Notes under the pieces: generated by a model
Databases searched by the model: none
Told to the model about the DNA's origin: nothing
Seen by the model: only the letters and a program-made list of their open reading frames with translations
Shown: positions 35,275-47,922 of the stretch, piece by piece
Layout: the number at the start of each line of letters is the position of its first letter
Position numbering within the stretch: position 1 is the first letter of the stretch
Translations under genes and position numbers: made by a program
Source: Macrostomum lignano
Taxonomy: Eukaryota
Reading direction: 5' to 3'
Assembly: GCA_002269645.1 (NCBI GenBank)
Contig: NIVC01002300.1
Coordinates: 62,001 to 126,000 of the forward strand
DNA length: 64,000 bases

Positions 35275-38200
35275 AAAATGCCAGCTGCCTCCTGGTGACA
35301 GCAGTGGCAGCAAATAAATGCCGCTGCCTCCTGGTGACGCTGGAGCTTGCATCGGCCAACACAGAGAGCCGCGCTCTGGTGCTGCGGCTGCTAAGTGCGG
35401 CAGGACAGGAGGACGACGTGGACAGCGAAGCGCCCGACGTCGCATTGAGCGGCGAAGGGAACGCAACCGGCGAGGACGAACGAAAGGCCGCCTTCGCCAG
35501 TCTGCTGGCAACTCTGACCTGCCGACCCCCGTCCAGTCGGCTCCGCCGGGTGGCGCCGAGGACCGTGAGGCCCACCAACACCGGGCCCCAGCCTTTACAA
35601 ACCGCGCTCTAAGACTAGCCACCTTTAACTGCCGAACACTGAAGTCCGCCTGGAGAAGGGGAATGCTCGCACTGCTGGCATCTGACCTGCGGCTAGACCT
35701 CGTCATGCTGCAGGAGTTGTCAATCACTGCTGAGTCTGGACTTCACCGTGAAGACCTGGGGGCCGGCTGGACGCTGCACTACACGTCAGCGGACAGCAGA
35801 GGCCGCGGAGGAGTCGGTGCGCTCGTCGGACCGAGGCTACGCGAGAGCGTCTGCTGCGTCAGCTTGTCAGCCCGACTGCTACGCGTGGACGTAAGGCTGC
35901 GCCGCTGCAATGCGCGGCTGTTCTGTGCGTACGCTCGATCCCACGGCTGCCCATCAGCAGGAGGCACAGGAGTTCTTCGAGCTCCTGTCCGAGCAGCTCG
36001 AGTTGGTGGCGCACCGCGACACTGTGGTGGTGCTTGGTGACCTCAACGCCGTGGCACCGCGGTCCGAGCGCTGCCAGTTTGTGTCGCCACGCCAGAACGC
36101 CAACACCGCCGCGCTAGCGGACCTGATGGCGAGGCTCGACCTGGTGTCGGCCAACACGCGTTTCCGCAAACCACCCAACCGGCTGGCGAAATTCGCCGGC
36201 TGCAAGCGAAGGAAACAGAATGCGCGAGGCCGACTCGCCACGACCCGCCTGGCACAGCTTGACCACGTGCTGGTTCGACACCGCGAACGCAGTCGGCTGC
36301 AGAACTGTGACACAGTGGAACCCCTGGCCGGTCTGACCATCGCCTTCTCTACTGCGACCTGAGGCTCTCTGACCCGCTGTACAGGCCACCAAAACGCCCT
36401 AGGAGACGATTTTTCCGCGCCTTGCAAGACCCCGGTACCCGCAGCAACTTTGCGTACACCTTCGCGACTGCCCTGGGATCCGCGCAGGCGCCAGACTACG
36501 CCACCATCAGCTCAGCCATCACCACTGCCGCTGCTAAAACTCTGCCGCTTATGGAGCCCGCGTCACGGCAACTTCCGGTTTGGGCGAGCGACCCGGAGGT
36601 CCGAGAGGCCCGCCGCACAGTCGAGCAGCTGCGACGAGCCAGGCGACCGACATCCGATGCCGAGAAAGCCCTGGCAGACGCCTACGCTAGTCGACAGCAA
36701 GCCGCTGTTGACGACTCAATCAGGGCAGTCGCCTCCGTCGGGCCTGAACGGCAGAACAGGGTCGTCTGGCCGGTCGTGAACGCCCTAACCGGTCGCAAAA
36801 AGAAGGCGGCACTCAACCTGGCTGGCGCCACGGCCGAAGAGCGCAGAAACGAGCTGCGCACCTTCTTCGCCGCCATTGTCAACGCGCCGCCGCCGACTCT
36901 GCCGAACGAGATGCCGCTGCCCCCCGAGGTGGCGCTGCCGCGGCAGGAGGACTTTGACACCCGTCCTGTGACCAGCACCAACATCGTGGAATTCGCCCGC
37001 AGGGCTCCGGGAGGCCGCGCCCCCAGCCTGGATGAGGTCCCCATTGAGGCGCTGCGAGTTACAAGTTTTGCCACTGAGGTGGCCCGCGTGATGAATGGTG
37101 TCCTGGCAGGAGGCCCCGCGACCTGCGAATGGACCCAGGCCAACATCGTCGGCATCCCGAAGAAGCCGGGCACTACACGGAAGGAGGAGCATTGTGGAAT
37201 CTCGCTCATGTCCTATACCGCAAAGCTGTTCAACTGGGTGCTATTAGCATGGTTACAGCCCATGCTGGACTTGTTCTTGCGGTACGAGCAGAATTGGTTC
37301 CACCCCTGTCGCGGAACGGTGACGCAGATCCTGGCCCTCTGCCGCATCATCGAGGAGGCACGCATCCACCAGTCAAGCCTTATTGTCATCTTTGTTGACT
37401 TCCTCAAGGCCTTCAACTTGGTGGCACACGGCGCGCTGCCTCACGTGCTCCGTGCCTACACTATGCTGCAGCAGCTGATCTCTACCATCATGGCGCTGTA
37501 TCAGGACACCACCGCCGCGGTAGCAACGCTAGATGGACTGTCGGACCTGTTTAGCACGACGTCCGGAGTGCTACAGGGTGACACTCTGGTGCCCTTTCTC
37601 TTCGTGCTGGTGATGGACTGGGTGCTCAGGACCAGCCTGCCGACATCAGAGGACGGCTTTCTGCTGCAAAGGCGCACCAGTAGACGGCACCCGGAGAAGA
37701 AACTGTCTGTCCTTGGCTATGCGGACGACCTCGCCCTGCTGTCTTCGACGGCCGAAGGCGCCCAACGGCTGCTGGACGGCTTGACTGCGGCGGCGGCGAG
37801 GGTCGGTCTCGTCATCAACGCCAGGAAGACCGAGGTGCTGACGGTGCCGCATGATCTACCCGCCGAGATTGGACTTCGAGACGGCGACCTCCCCGGGACG
37901 GCGCTCCTGAAGTGCCTTCAGTTCGTCTACCTCGGCGGACTGGTGCCGGACGTTGGCGACGACCTAGCGAGACGGCGCGGCAAGGCCTGGGCTGCCTTAA
38001 GATCTGTGCGGGCAGTGCTGCTCTCCGAGGCTCTGTCCGACGGCGCCAGGTCCCAGCTGTTCCAGGCGGTTGTTGAGACCGCCCTGCTGTACAATGCTGA
38101 GACCTGGGCGCTGACCGGGGCGCTTGAGGCGCAGCTCGACGCGGCGCATGCGGCCCTAGTCCGCGCCGCTTTCGGCGCCCACCGCGGCCCTGGTAGCGAG

Positions 38201-38530
38201 ACAACCGAGTCCCTGTACAAGCGCACAGGCCTGACGCGGCCTTCTGCCCTGCTGAGTCAGCGGCGCCTGCGGCTGGCCGGGCATGTCATCCTGGCCGAAG
38301 CCTACTGCCCAGAGCCGCTGCAGGACGTCCTGCTGTGGACCCCGCAGGGACCGTGCAGGCGTGACCAGGGACGATCAGCCCGCTACGTCGACCGCCTTTT
38401 TGAAGATGCGCGAGCACCCAGCCAGGCGGCCGGTGTGAAGCACATTAGAGACCTAGCTCTGAAACGCGCGATTTGACGCTCCCCCCTTTTGGCCACTTTT
38501 GTGGCTGGCGTAGGGCGTAACTATTATTTT
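35275..38530 (+). mobile_element. RTE-clade non-LTR retrotransposon (APE endonuclease + RT), frameshifted
   Basis: APE motifs ATFNCRTL, MLQEL, GVG, LGDLNA, LDHVLV. RT (36422-38476) motifs QGDTLVPFLF, GYADDLALL, FVYLGG, LLYNAETW, RRLRLAGH. The 5' boundary is approximate. Confidence 0.92.
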
Positions 38531-39221
38531 TTTTATCCTTATGTTTGGACCCCCGTAGCTGTAAATCGCATGGCAACTCCCTGGCGAATTTTCATTATTT
38601 TTTATTCATTACTATGAGAGTCTTGGTAGTAAGGAACACACCACTCACACCAGCTTTCAGTTCTGGAGGAGCAGACTGTGCTGAGGCAAGACATAGTGGA
38701 ACGGCGGGAAGTCGCACTCAACCCAGGGCCAGATCTCCTGACACCGAACAAGTACATGAGGCTCTGCTGAGCCAGACCGTGCTAACAGCAGAACAAAATG
38801 GCAAGAAGAGCCATCGAGATCGCTACCCCGTAGGAGTCATCGTGAGCTGCTCTCTCCGCTTCTTTAGGGTGCGACGCGGGTTTGGGATAGTAGCAAACTT
38901 TTGTTCTGGGAACGGACCAGTCAGGTAGGGGGACCGGGGGTGTCTCGGCAGCTGTTGATGCATTTCAGCTGTTTTTGCACAGCCGCCTTTATACGCACAG
39001 ACACAGCACTAAATTTCATCCACTCTCTCACTCTACATTTCACTTTCACCCTTCCGTGTCGATTGTTCACCCCTTGTATGCACTCCACCCCTTTAATAGC
39101 CTAAAGCAAATGCAGAGAGCCAGTCGAATATTAGCCAAGGCTGCTGCAACAATCTGCATCATACATTTATTTACTGAGGTCACAAAGCCTCTCAGATCAA
39201 ACTCAGCTGCTCATTTGAGTA

Positions 39222-39660
39222 GACGGCACCGAACTGAATGGGAATGGGGCCCTGCAAGCCGAATGGCGCGAACTGCACAGCCTGTTGGATGAAGAGCGGA
39301 CGATTGGTGATTTTTTTTCCTGATGTTTATGCACCTGCGCAAGATTTTGCACACGAAAACCAGTTTGACGGAGGCTCCATCTTTGGACACTCAAACCAGC
39401 ACGGTGGCGCCGAAGTCCTGGTTTTGCATTTCATGTTCAGGTATCACCTTCAGTCCGGTGACTTTCCGCCTCCCGTCAGGACTCTCCGGGGCGACCTCAG
39501 TGATTTTGAGGTCTAGTTCGAGCTCGTACTTCTCGTAAAAGATGTTGTAGATAATTACAGGCGGCTTCTTCAAGAAGTTCACCTGAAACTCTGCGGCAGA
39601 GGCGTACGGAACGAGCGACACTCACAGAACAAGGAAGAGCAGCACGCAGCGGTGTTGCAT
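39222..39660 (-). pseudogene. Truncated pseudogene copy of the secreted FReD gene at 46 kb
   Basis: Near-identical to 45995-46431 but with TGA in the signal peptide (VL*VSL) and a second TGA (ATVLV*). Homology stops before the fibrinogen domain. Upstream flank 39661-~39960 is also duplicated. Confidence 0.88.
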
Positions 39661-40396
39661 GGTATCGGAGTTAATAATGGATTAACGTTTTGGGACTTGG
39701 AGACTGGATTCGGAGTGCCTGAAGAATGCTTGCCTGAGTATAAAGTCTGCTTAAGTCTATGCTTTGGGTGGGAGTGGCTTGCGGCTCACTTTTAATCGAC
39801 CGAAGTTTTAAATTTTAGATAATAAAAGCGTTTTTACGTGTGTAAGTTTACACTTTCAAAATAGTTTGGATTTTTTTGTTGCAAAACTTCCAACAAACAT
39901 TTGAAGTAAAAAATTTCTAATGCGCGTCTGGACTTTGGTATGCGACAGACCTATAAAAGAAAGAGCAAGTGAATTTCTTGCCTGTTCTGCAGTTCGTGAG
40001 ACTTGACTTCAATGCAGAGTTGGTCCTGACGATTCTCTGGCCTCTGAGATCTCCACTTTGCAATGGAGGATGTGGCTAGGATCCATAATAATTACCCAGT
40101 TTCCTTTAGGGCCCAATTGAAAGCCAGTAGGTGACAGCGGTCTGCTAGGTGATCTAAAGAGCCCCGAAAACCGTAACGTTTTTAGGACCCTCTGGGTTGT
40201 CATCGTGCGCTATTTAATGGGTGTCCACGAACCTCCTGGCACACAATTTGAAAACGGTGTCATGTAAGTAGACAGTGTGAACCTAACTGGAGCAGGAAGT
40301 TTGCGTATTCGGATCCGGTGTCCAGGCTTTCGACTCTGTTAGCACATCCGTCCCCTTGATGGCGAGTTTGACCGTGGAGAACAAAGCGTAACAAAC

Positions 40397-40460
<64 letters not shown>

Positions 40461-40497
40461 CAGTTAGTTAGTCAGTTAGTTAGTTAGTTAGTTAGTC

Positions 40498-40528
<31 letters not shown>

Positions 40529-40534
40529 CAGTTA
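40397..40534. repeat. (TAGT)n microsatellite
   Basis: Directly visible. Confidence 0.97.
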
Positions 40535-41169
40535 AAATTGACCAGCCAAACGCGCTAGGCGGCACAGTTCCTTTCGATATAAGATAGCCAATTCACACCT
40601 TGATTGAGTCTGATTACGTCTATGCTTTGAGTCTATACTGTTTCATCACTTTGCAGCACTGTTTCACGGACGAGTAAATCTCCTCAGTATAGTTTATCAT
40701 ACCTCCTCAATTGTCAATTAATGAACAGAATGTTAAAACAGGAGTCTGCTTTGAGATGCTTGGCTTTTTATCTCACTCATTTTTCTGACTGGCCATCTTG
40801 TGAGAAAGATTTTAAAGGATATAGACCAAAGTAATGCGGGTTCTGTATATGATCTCCAGACTCCGATATATTTTCAGAAACGTCACTAATGAAATTACGA
40901 GCGTATTCACAAAAAATGCGCCTGAGATTAATTTTGTTCCCTTAACTTGAAGATTAGAAGAGCTACCATAGGCCCAAAAATGGGGTGTCTCCATTATACA
41001 GTACTTTCTTGCATTTAAATCTAGCGGGAAACTAAACCAACTGACATACTTGGTAGGGGACAAAAATCTGAACAACTTGGCGAAAAATTAACCTTCTACA
41101 TGCAATCGAATCGGATCGATACAGGCATTTTAATAATCAGCCTTCAACTGTTTTTGCAAGATTTGCAAG

Positions 41170-41586
41170 TGTTGCGTCCTTCAAGTCTAGTAGTCCTTGC
41201 GTATCCTATGCTGGATCGAACGACTGCGCTGGTCAGCATCCGCTACGTCCACGGCAGCGACAGCACGGTCGCCGATCTATGGCCAAGGGAGAATCCAAAT
41301 AAGCGCAGCTAGAACGAGCAGGACAGCAAGGTGAATGAACTCGAAGTCAACCAGATCCTGATTGTTAAGTTATTAATGAAAGTCAGTTTGTTAGGCTAGT
41401 CAAGAACACTCACGGCTCAAACTGGCCCAGCACGGACTTATATACTTTTAAACTAGGCGAGCGATGTACATTGTAGAACGAGTACACAAAGCCAGTGCGC
41501 AATTCAACATTATTGGATGGATTGAGCTAGAGGGCTCAGTTAAACCAAGTCACCAGATAAATCGAAACACAATGCAATACGCAACA
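41170..41586 (-). mobile_element. 3' LTR of a Gypsy-type element
   Basis: TGTTGCGT...ACGCAACA terminal inverted repeat, preceded on the minus strand by polypurine tract AAGGGAGA, downstream of the integrase. Confidence 0.8.
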
Positions 41587-42073
41587 TCTCCCTTACGAAA
41601 GAAATTTTTTTCGAAAACGATCTAAACGAAAAACAATGGTGCGAACGTGTATCCCCGATGAAGGTATTAAAAACGCAATATTCTGAACAGGATCAAAAAC
41701 AAAAATCATATTTGGTATCAGGTCAGTACTTCATGCAATCGGAGATACGAGCTATTAGATGAACGCAGAAAGTAATGCAATAATATGGTAGAATGCTATA
41801 AGCTGATTACGAGCGTATTTGGATGCATAAAAAGTTTGATTTAGCTCAGGAATGTTACATCGAATCAAATGTCAAATGTCAAACATCAAATGGTACATCA
41901 AGTGATAGTCACCAGCAAATTGCAGTACTTAGGTTACCTGGTAGTACTCAGGAGTCTTGACAGCTCGGCCACATAGTCCGATATGGCCCAGGCTCATCTC
42001 GCTGCACGGAGGCACCTATTTTTCGAGGCCTGATGAAGCGACGGTTCCGTCTGAGCAACTGTCCTGTCTCTGT

Positions 42074-42836
42074 TTAAACCAAGTACGACCTTGGAGAGTT
42101 TTCACACTCGCTATCAAGCTCAGCTGCCACCCACTCGCGACGACCGCGTTGTAACCACACCAGATCACCAGCTGATAGTTTCTGCAACGGTCGAGCTCCG
42201 CGATTGTACAGCTGCGCTGCTCTAACGCGCTCCTTTTCAAAAGCCTCAATGCTAGAGTGAAGATGAGTTTCCTTTGGCCGCAAGTCCTTGAAGTTCGCTG
42301 CGGTCGCAACGAAGCTTACGGCCGAAAGCCATCTCCGCCGGGCTTAGAAATGTGGTAGTGAAGAAGTGCCAACTCCAGACTTTGGCCTGTCTCGGAGCAT
42401 TTCTTCAGCATTTTTTGGCTGTCTGTACCTAGCGCTCGGCTCTCCCGTTCGACTGCGGGTACGTCGGACTCGAGGTTCGGTGCTCCACCTTGAACTCAGC
42501 CATTGTCTGTCGAAACTCGCGAGCAGAAAACTGCGGGCCTCCATCACTGAATAGCTTCTCTGGCACTCCAAAGTTTTGAAAATGATCTCGTATCACATTC
42601 GCCACAGCCAAGCTAGTTGTTGATCTCATCCGTGAGACACTCATCCAGCGGCTGTAGCAGTCAACGTACACCAAGTAGGATCCACCAGTGAACTCAAGCA
42701 GGTCCATCGAACAGATTTGGAACGGAAAATCTGGCATATTCATAGACATCAGCGTTTCTTTAGACTGAGTCCTTATACTCGTATTCCGCTGGCACGATTC
42801 GCATTCACTAACCACCTGCTCTACGCTGTTCCGCAT
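42074..42836 (-). pseudogene. Gypsy-type integrase remnant, 5'-truncated element
   Basis: CESC, PFQICSMDLL, VDCYSRW, FGVPEKLFSDGGPQFSA, SSPTYPQSNGRAER and a GPY/F-like GDLVWL...RSYLV module. Confidence 0.92.
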
Positions 42837-43646
42837 TCCCGGCTCACTTTAAGTAGTGAGTTACCCAACATACACACAGTAAAATAAAAACTATCAATCA
42901 TGTTACCACGCAAGACGCAAGAGATGAGCTATGATGACATAATATTGCGCAAACAATGAATAATGACACCAAGTAAGGCAAACAGTGTCTTCACTCCTAT
43001 TGTATTCGCTGAAATTCTATGCAACGGTCAAAGGGTCAAATTCCAAAGAATTGACATCTTCACTCCATCAAACTACGAGCTAAACTGGAATGACCTTGTT
43101 TTTGTAAAATTGACCAATAAATACCAGCGCTCCGAGAACCAAAAAACTTCAGATATGCTCCCACTTCGCATCTCGTTAGTGTAGAAAATTGCCGGCCCGG
43201 GGGAGACCCGACATTTCACCGCCACAATTTGACCGCCGCAATTTCATCGCACGAACTACTTACGAGTAAGTAGAGAACACGACACGCGCAAAAACCTGCA
43301 AATTTTATTGGAGGCTAATTTTTCGATTTTATGTAGCCCGGCTCCAGAAACTCGGCGAAGTGAGTTTTTTCACAGGATGCACATAATTTAATCCTTATTC
43401 ATGTAAGATTTGTAATGTCTTAAATCTTAGAAATTAGTTTCATGCGACGAAAACTAGTTTTTGTCTGGTGAGTTTCGAAATGCAACATTTATGATATATC
43501 ACTTATTTTAAACGATGCTTCAGTACCAGCTGTTCGAATTGCCGTAAAGACGGTCTCTGACTGTTTTTACCCTGGGTGCCTCTCTGGTAGCTTGTCTAAG
43601 GGTTGTGCGCAATCCGATTGGCCTGGCTTCGGCTAGCCCAATTAAC

Positions 43647-44168
43647 GGGGGCGCTTCATAAGACCTAAATTTCACAACGCCTAAAGCACATGACTTCACA
43701 TTACCTAAATTTCATAACGTCTAAATTTCACAACGGCTAAAATCGAAAATGCAGCCTCCTTCACAAGGCCTAAATTTCACATCGCCTAAATTTCACAACG
43801 CCTAAAATTTCTGCACGCTCCTTCACAACGCTTAAATTTCATATCGCCTAAATTTCATAACGCCTAAATTTCACAACGCCTAAAATCGAAAATGCAGCCT
43901 CCTTCACAAGGCCTAAATTTCATATCGCCTAAATTTCACAACGCCTAAAAATCTGCATGCTCTTTCATATCGCCTAAACTTCATATCGCCTAAATTTCAC
44001 AACACCTAAAACTGAATGTGAAGGAGAGAAGCAAAGATTTTAGGCGTTGTGAAGGAGGCTGCACTTTTGATTTTAGGCGTTGTGAAATTTAGGCGACATG
44101 AAATTTAGGCCTTGTGAAGTGTGGTGGTTTTAGGCGTTGTGAAATTTAGGTCTTATGAAAGCGTCCCC
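43647..44168. mobile_element. MITE with GGGG-start TIRs and internal 16-bp repeats (Mutator-like?)
   Basis: GGGGGCGCTTCATAAGACCTAAATTTCACAACGCCTAAA mirrored at ~44128-44168. Flanked by AATTAAC (7 bp, or CCAATTAAC 9 bp if the end is set at 44166). Confidence 0.85.
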
Positions 44169-45377
44169 AATTAACTAAATGTCCGCCCCGGAGTGGCTGT
44201 GCCTGTTCTAAAAATAACCCAATTTTTTTTCGTACATTCCAATAATTTGGCCATCGGCCCTGGGTTAGGGGTGGTGTAGCTGGGGTGAGTTGGAGATCTG
44301 GACTGCACTCCCGAGGACTTGTCTGCTGGGGGGTGGCCTGGGTGGACTCGGTCCTAGCACCGTCCCTGATTCCACTTTTGGGTTGGCGGTGTCTTGTACC
44401 ATAGGTCTGAAGTCCCTCGCCTCCCCTGGCCTTAGTCAGGGCCCAACTAAATTGGTTCTCGGACTTCCGAGGAGGGTATCTCGAGTTCACGGAATTCCCC
44501 GTGCCCTTGGAAAGTGCCCCGCAGCGGCAGAGCCCCCTTTGGGGCTGATCCGCGGGTAAGCCCAGCTTCCCACCCCCGTTTAACAACAACAACCAGCTGT
44601 TGTTGTTGTTCGAGAGACGGTCTCTGACTGTTTTCCCCGGCTGCCTTCTGCCCTTCGGATAGCTCAATATCCTCACCGGAGGTATTGTATGCATCCAAAA
44701 ATAGACCCTTTATTTTTCTATTATTTCGGCCCTGCCTTGGTTTAGGGGGTGTACCTGGAGTGATAGCGACACTGGACTGCAGTGTGGCTAGATCGGGATT
44801 TGAGCCCCCTGGTTGCACCCGTTGTGCTTTTAGCTTTGTGGTTTATCCCTGGCAATTCAGCCGCCCAAGCTTTGGAGTTATGAGCTCTACCCTTTCTGGT
44901 CCATGTTGCCCTCCCTTGGTCCATCTGCTGGCTCCTCTGGTTGTCTCCCTGCTTATTGTGTCTCTGGCTCTCATCACTGACTGTGGATTGCTGTCCTGGG
45001 GTTGCTGTTCGTCCCGAATCGGGGAATACCGGCTGAGTCCGGTGTCCCTTTGCTCTGTGGTGCTCCTCTCCAACCCCTTGTCTTAGGCTTATTAGAGCTG
45101 GGTAGTGAAAAAGCCTTGTGGCTTGCAGCCCTATAGGAGGATCTTGTAGCTTCTGCCTACCTGATAAGGAGACTCGCCCTTGGTAAATAAGCTGCCCAGA
45201 CTCTCTCGAATCTGAAAGCCATTTCCGTAGACTCGGGTCTTTCCGCTCTCGGACCGCTTTCTAGTAATTTTCCAAAATTTTCCACTGTGGGTTGGCGGTG
45301 TCTTAGTCCATAGGCTTGGGTTGGTTGCATCCAATAAGGCTATTTAACTAGGCCCTTGAGTCCTAGTCCCAATCCGG

Positions 45378-45495
45378 GCCGAGACCTGGACGCTGACGGA
45401 GTCGCTCGAGCAGCAAGTTGACGCAGCGCACGCTGGCCTGCTGCGCGCCGCCTTCAAGATCGGCTACGAGCGAGTGACCAACGCGGCTTTGTATC
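45378..45495 (+). mobile_element. Short RTE RT fragment
   Basis: Translates ETWTLTESLEQQVDAAHAGLLRAAFKIGYERVTNAALY, same subfamily as the 63.3 kb insert. Confidence 0.88.
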
Positions 45496-45857
45496 AGTGC
45501 AGTGTTTCATTCCAGAGCTCAAAAGCGCCAAATGAGTCTTCCTGAATTTTGTACATTTTTTACATTAACAGCATGACATCTCTATTGCGTATGAAGCGAC
45601 TTATGCAGCCGTTGTTGGCCAGTTCAACTAACACCCTAAACCGGATAGCCTTCTTTCTGTTTGCCGGTGAGTGCTATTGGGTATCTTTGTTACTTGATAC
45701 CCTGAGCCAGACTGAGTCTGATATTTATTGGTTGCTGGTGTTGCTAGTTTTGCTCTAATTAATCAGTATCACTCAGTAAGTTATTGTAGCTAATTTGGCA
45801 GTTCTTACTGATGCACAGGTTTATAGTGAGCTGATGTAAACAGATTACTCTACTCAC

Positions 45858-46431
45858 CCATCCAGTAATTGCCGTTGGGATCTCCGAATCCTTTCACGTA
45901 GCCGTGCCAGTTCTGGGCGAACGAGAGGCTGTTGTCCAGGTGCCTCTGGAAGACCACCTCAGCAAGGACTGGCGCGGGACCGGATGAAGAGCGGACGGCA
46001 CCGAACTGAGTGGGAATGGGGCCCTGCAAGCCGAAGGGCGCGAACTGCACAGCCTGCTGGATGAAGAGCGGATGATTGGTGATTTTTTTCCTGATGTTTA
46101 TGCACCTGCGCAAGGTTCTACACACGAAGACCAGTTTGCCGGAGGCTCCATCGCTGGACACTCGACCCAGCACGGTGGCGCCGAAGTCCTGGTTTTGCAT
46201 TCCATGTTCAGGTATCACCTTCAGTCCGGTGACTTTCCGCTTCCCGTCGGGACTCTCCGTGGCGACCTCAGTGATTTTGAGGTCCAGTTCGAGCTCGTAC
46301 TTCTCGTAAAAGATGTTGTAGATAATTACAGGCGGCTTCTTCAAGAAGTTCACCTGAAACTCTGCGGCAGAGGCGTACGGAACGAGCGACACGCACAGGA
46401 CAAGGAAGAGCAGCACGCAGCGGTGTTGCAT
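45858..46431 (-). CDS. First coding exon of a secreted fibrinogen-related (FReD) protein; continuation not established
   Basis: ATG at 46431, signal peptide MQHRCVLLFLVLCVSLVPYASA, ~135-aa unassigned region, then VFQRHLDNSLSFAQNWHGYVKGFGDPNGNYWMG (fibrinogen C-domain start) and a GTGAGT donor at 45857. Confidence 0.8.
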
Positions 46432-47077
46432 GGCTACCGGAGTTAAAAATCGGTTAAGCGCTTTGGACCTTGGAGACTGGATTCGGAGTGCCTGAAAAAC
46501 ACTTGCTGAGCACACATGTAGAGCCTTGCTGAAGTCTTTGCTTCGAGTAGGAGGGGCTTGCGGCTTCCTACTTTTAAGTGTAAATTTACATATTTTAAAT
46601 ATTTTCAATATTTTTTTAAAATTCAAGCATGCATAAGTCAAAGTTTTTCTCGAATTTGGTATGCGTCACACCCAAAAAGCAGCGAATTTCTGATTCTCAA
46701 TTTTTTTTAGTTTTTATTTCAATCATTCATGCTACGGAAGTATTTTTAATTTATTGTTCGTCTCCTGGGACTCATGACATCTAATCTTTGGATATGTTGT
46801 GCCTTTCTTATTAGCTCTATTGATATTCATAAAGCAGTATTCGTTCAGAAATTTAGGATTTGCTATTAACAATCTAGTGCCCCCTTCGGGGCGCGCAATA
46901 GCAAGGAGCAAAAATTATTCATGGAATTCCTTCTTGAGTTTTATAAATGACCTTATTCGAGTACAATCGTCACGGACAAAGATGTTCGCTATAATTTTTT
47001 TTTTCTTAAATTAACGGAAAGAACAAAATATAGTTTTCACAAAGATAACAGACATTACCCCTAAATAGAAAACATCC

Positions 47078-47812
47078 CTAAGGCAGCAAGCATCCCCCCA
47101 GATAGCAAGCATCCCCCCATCCCCCCAGATAGCAAGCATCCCCCCAGATAGCAAGCATCCCCCCTTCCAGATAGCAAGCATCCCCCCAGATAGCAAGCAT
47201 CCACCCAGATAGCAAGCATCCACCCAGACAGCAAGCATCCACCCAGATAGCAAGCATCCACCCAGATAGCAAGCATCCACCCAGATAGCAAGCATCCACC
47301 CAGATAGCAAGCAATCTGCAGACAGCAAGCATCCACCCAGATAGCAAGCATCCACCCAGATAGCAAGCATCCTGCAGATAGCAAGCATCCTGCAGATAGC
47401 AAGCATCCACCCAGATAGTAAGCAATCTGCAGACAGCAAGCAATTTGCAGACAGCAAGCATCCACCCAGATAGCAAGCATCCACCCAGATAGCAAGCATC
47501 CACCCAGATAGCAAGCAATCTGCAGACAGCAAGCAATTTGCAGACAGCAAGCATCCACCCAGATAGCAAGCATCCTGCAGATAGCAAGCATCCTGCAGAT
47601 AGCAAGCATCCTGCAGATAGCAAGCATCCTGCAGATAGCAAGCATCCTGCAGATAGCAAGCATCCTGCAGATAGCAAGCATCCTGTAGATAGCAAGCATC
47701 CTGCAGATAGCAAGCATCCTGCAGATAGAAAGCATCCTGCAGATAGCAAGCATCCTGCAGATAGCAAGCATCCTGCAGATAGCAAGCATCCTGCAGATAG
47801 AAAGAATCCCAT
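47078..47812. repeat. 18/19-bp minisatellite (CAGATAGCAAGCATCC + CCC/ACC/TG variants)
   Basis: Directly visible. The overlapping long ORFs at 47011-47984 are repeat translations. Confidence 0.96.
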
Positions 47813-47922
47813 ACATGTATAGATACATGTAGGCAGTAGCCCCTCTCCCAAATAGCAAGTACCCCTCCTCTTCGAGAGCAAGCATCCCCGGCCCCCGATA
47901 GTAAGCACCTCTAAATACAATA

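Noticed and set aside
35259-35727. Overlapping antisense ORFs across the RTE, DIRS and LOA elements
   Set aside because: These are an expected by-product of GC-rich coding sequence on the opposite strand.
38640-38910. Possible minus-strand exon with a transmembrane-like stretch (GVAISMALLAILFCC)
   Set aside because: An in-frame stop follows immediately, and there is no homology support.
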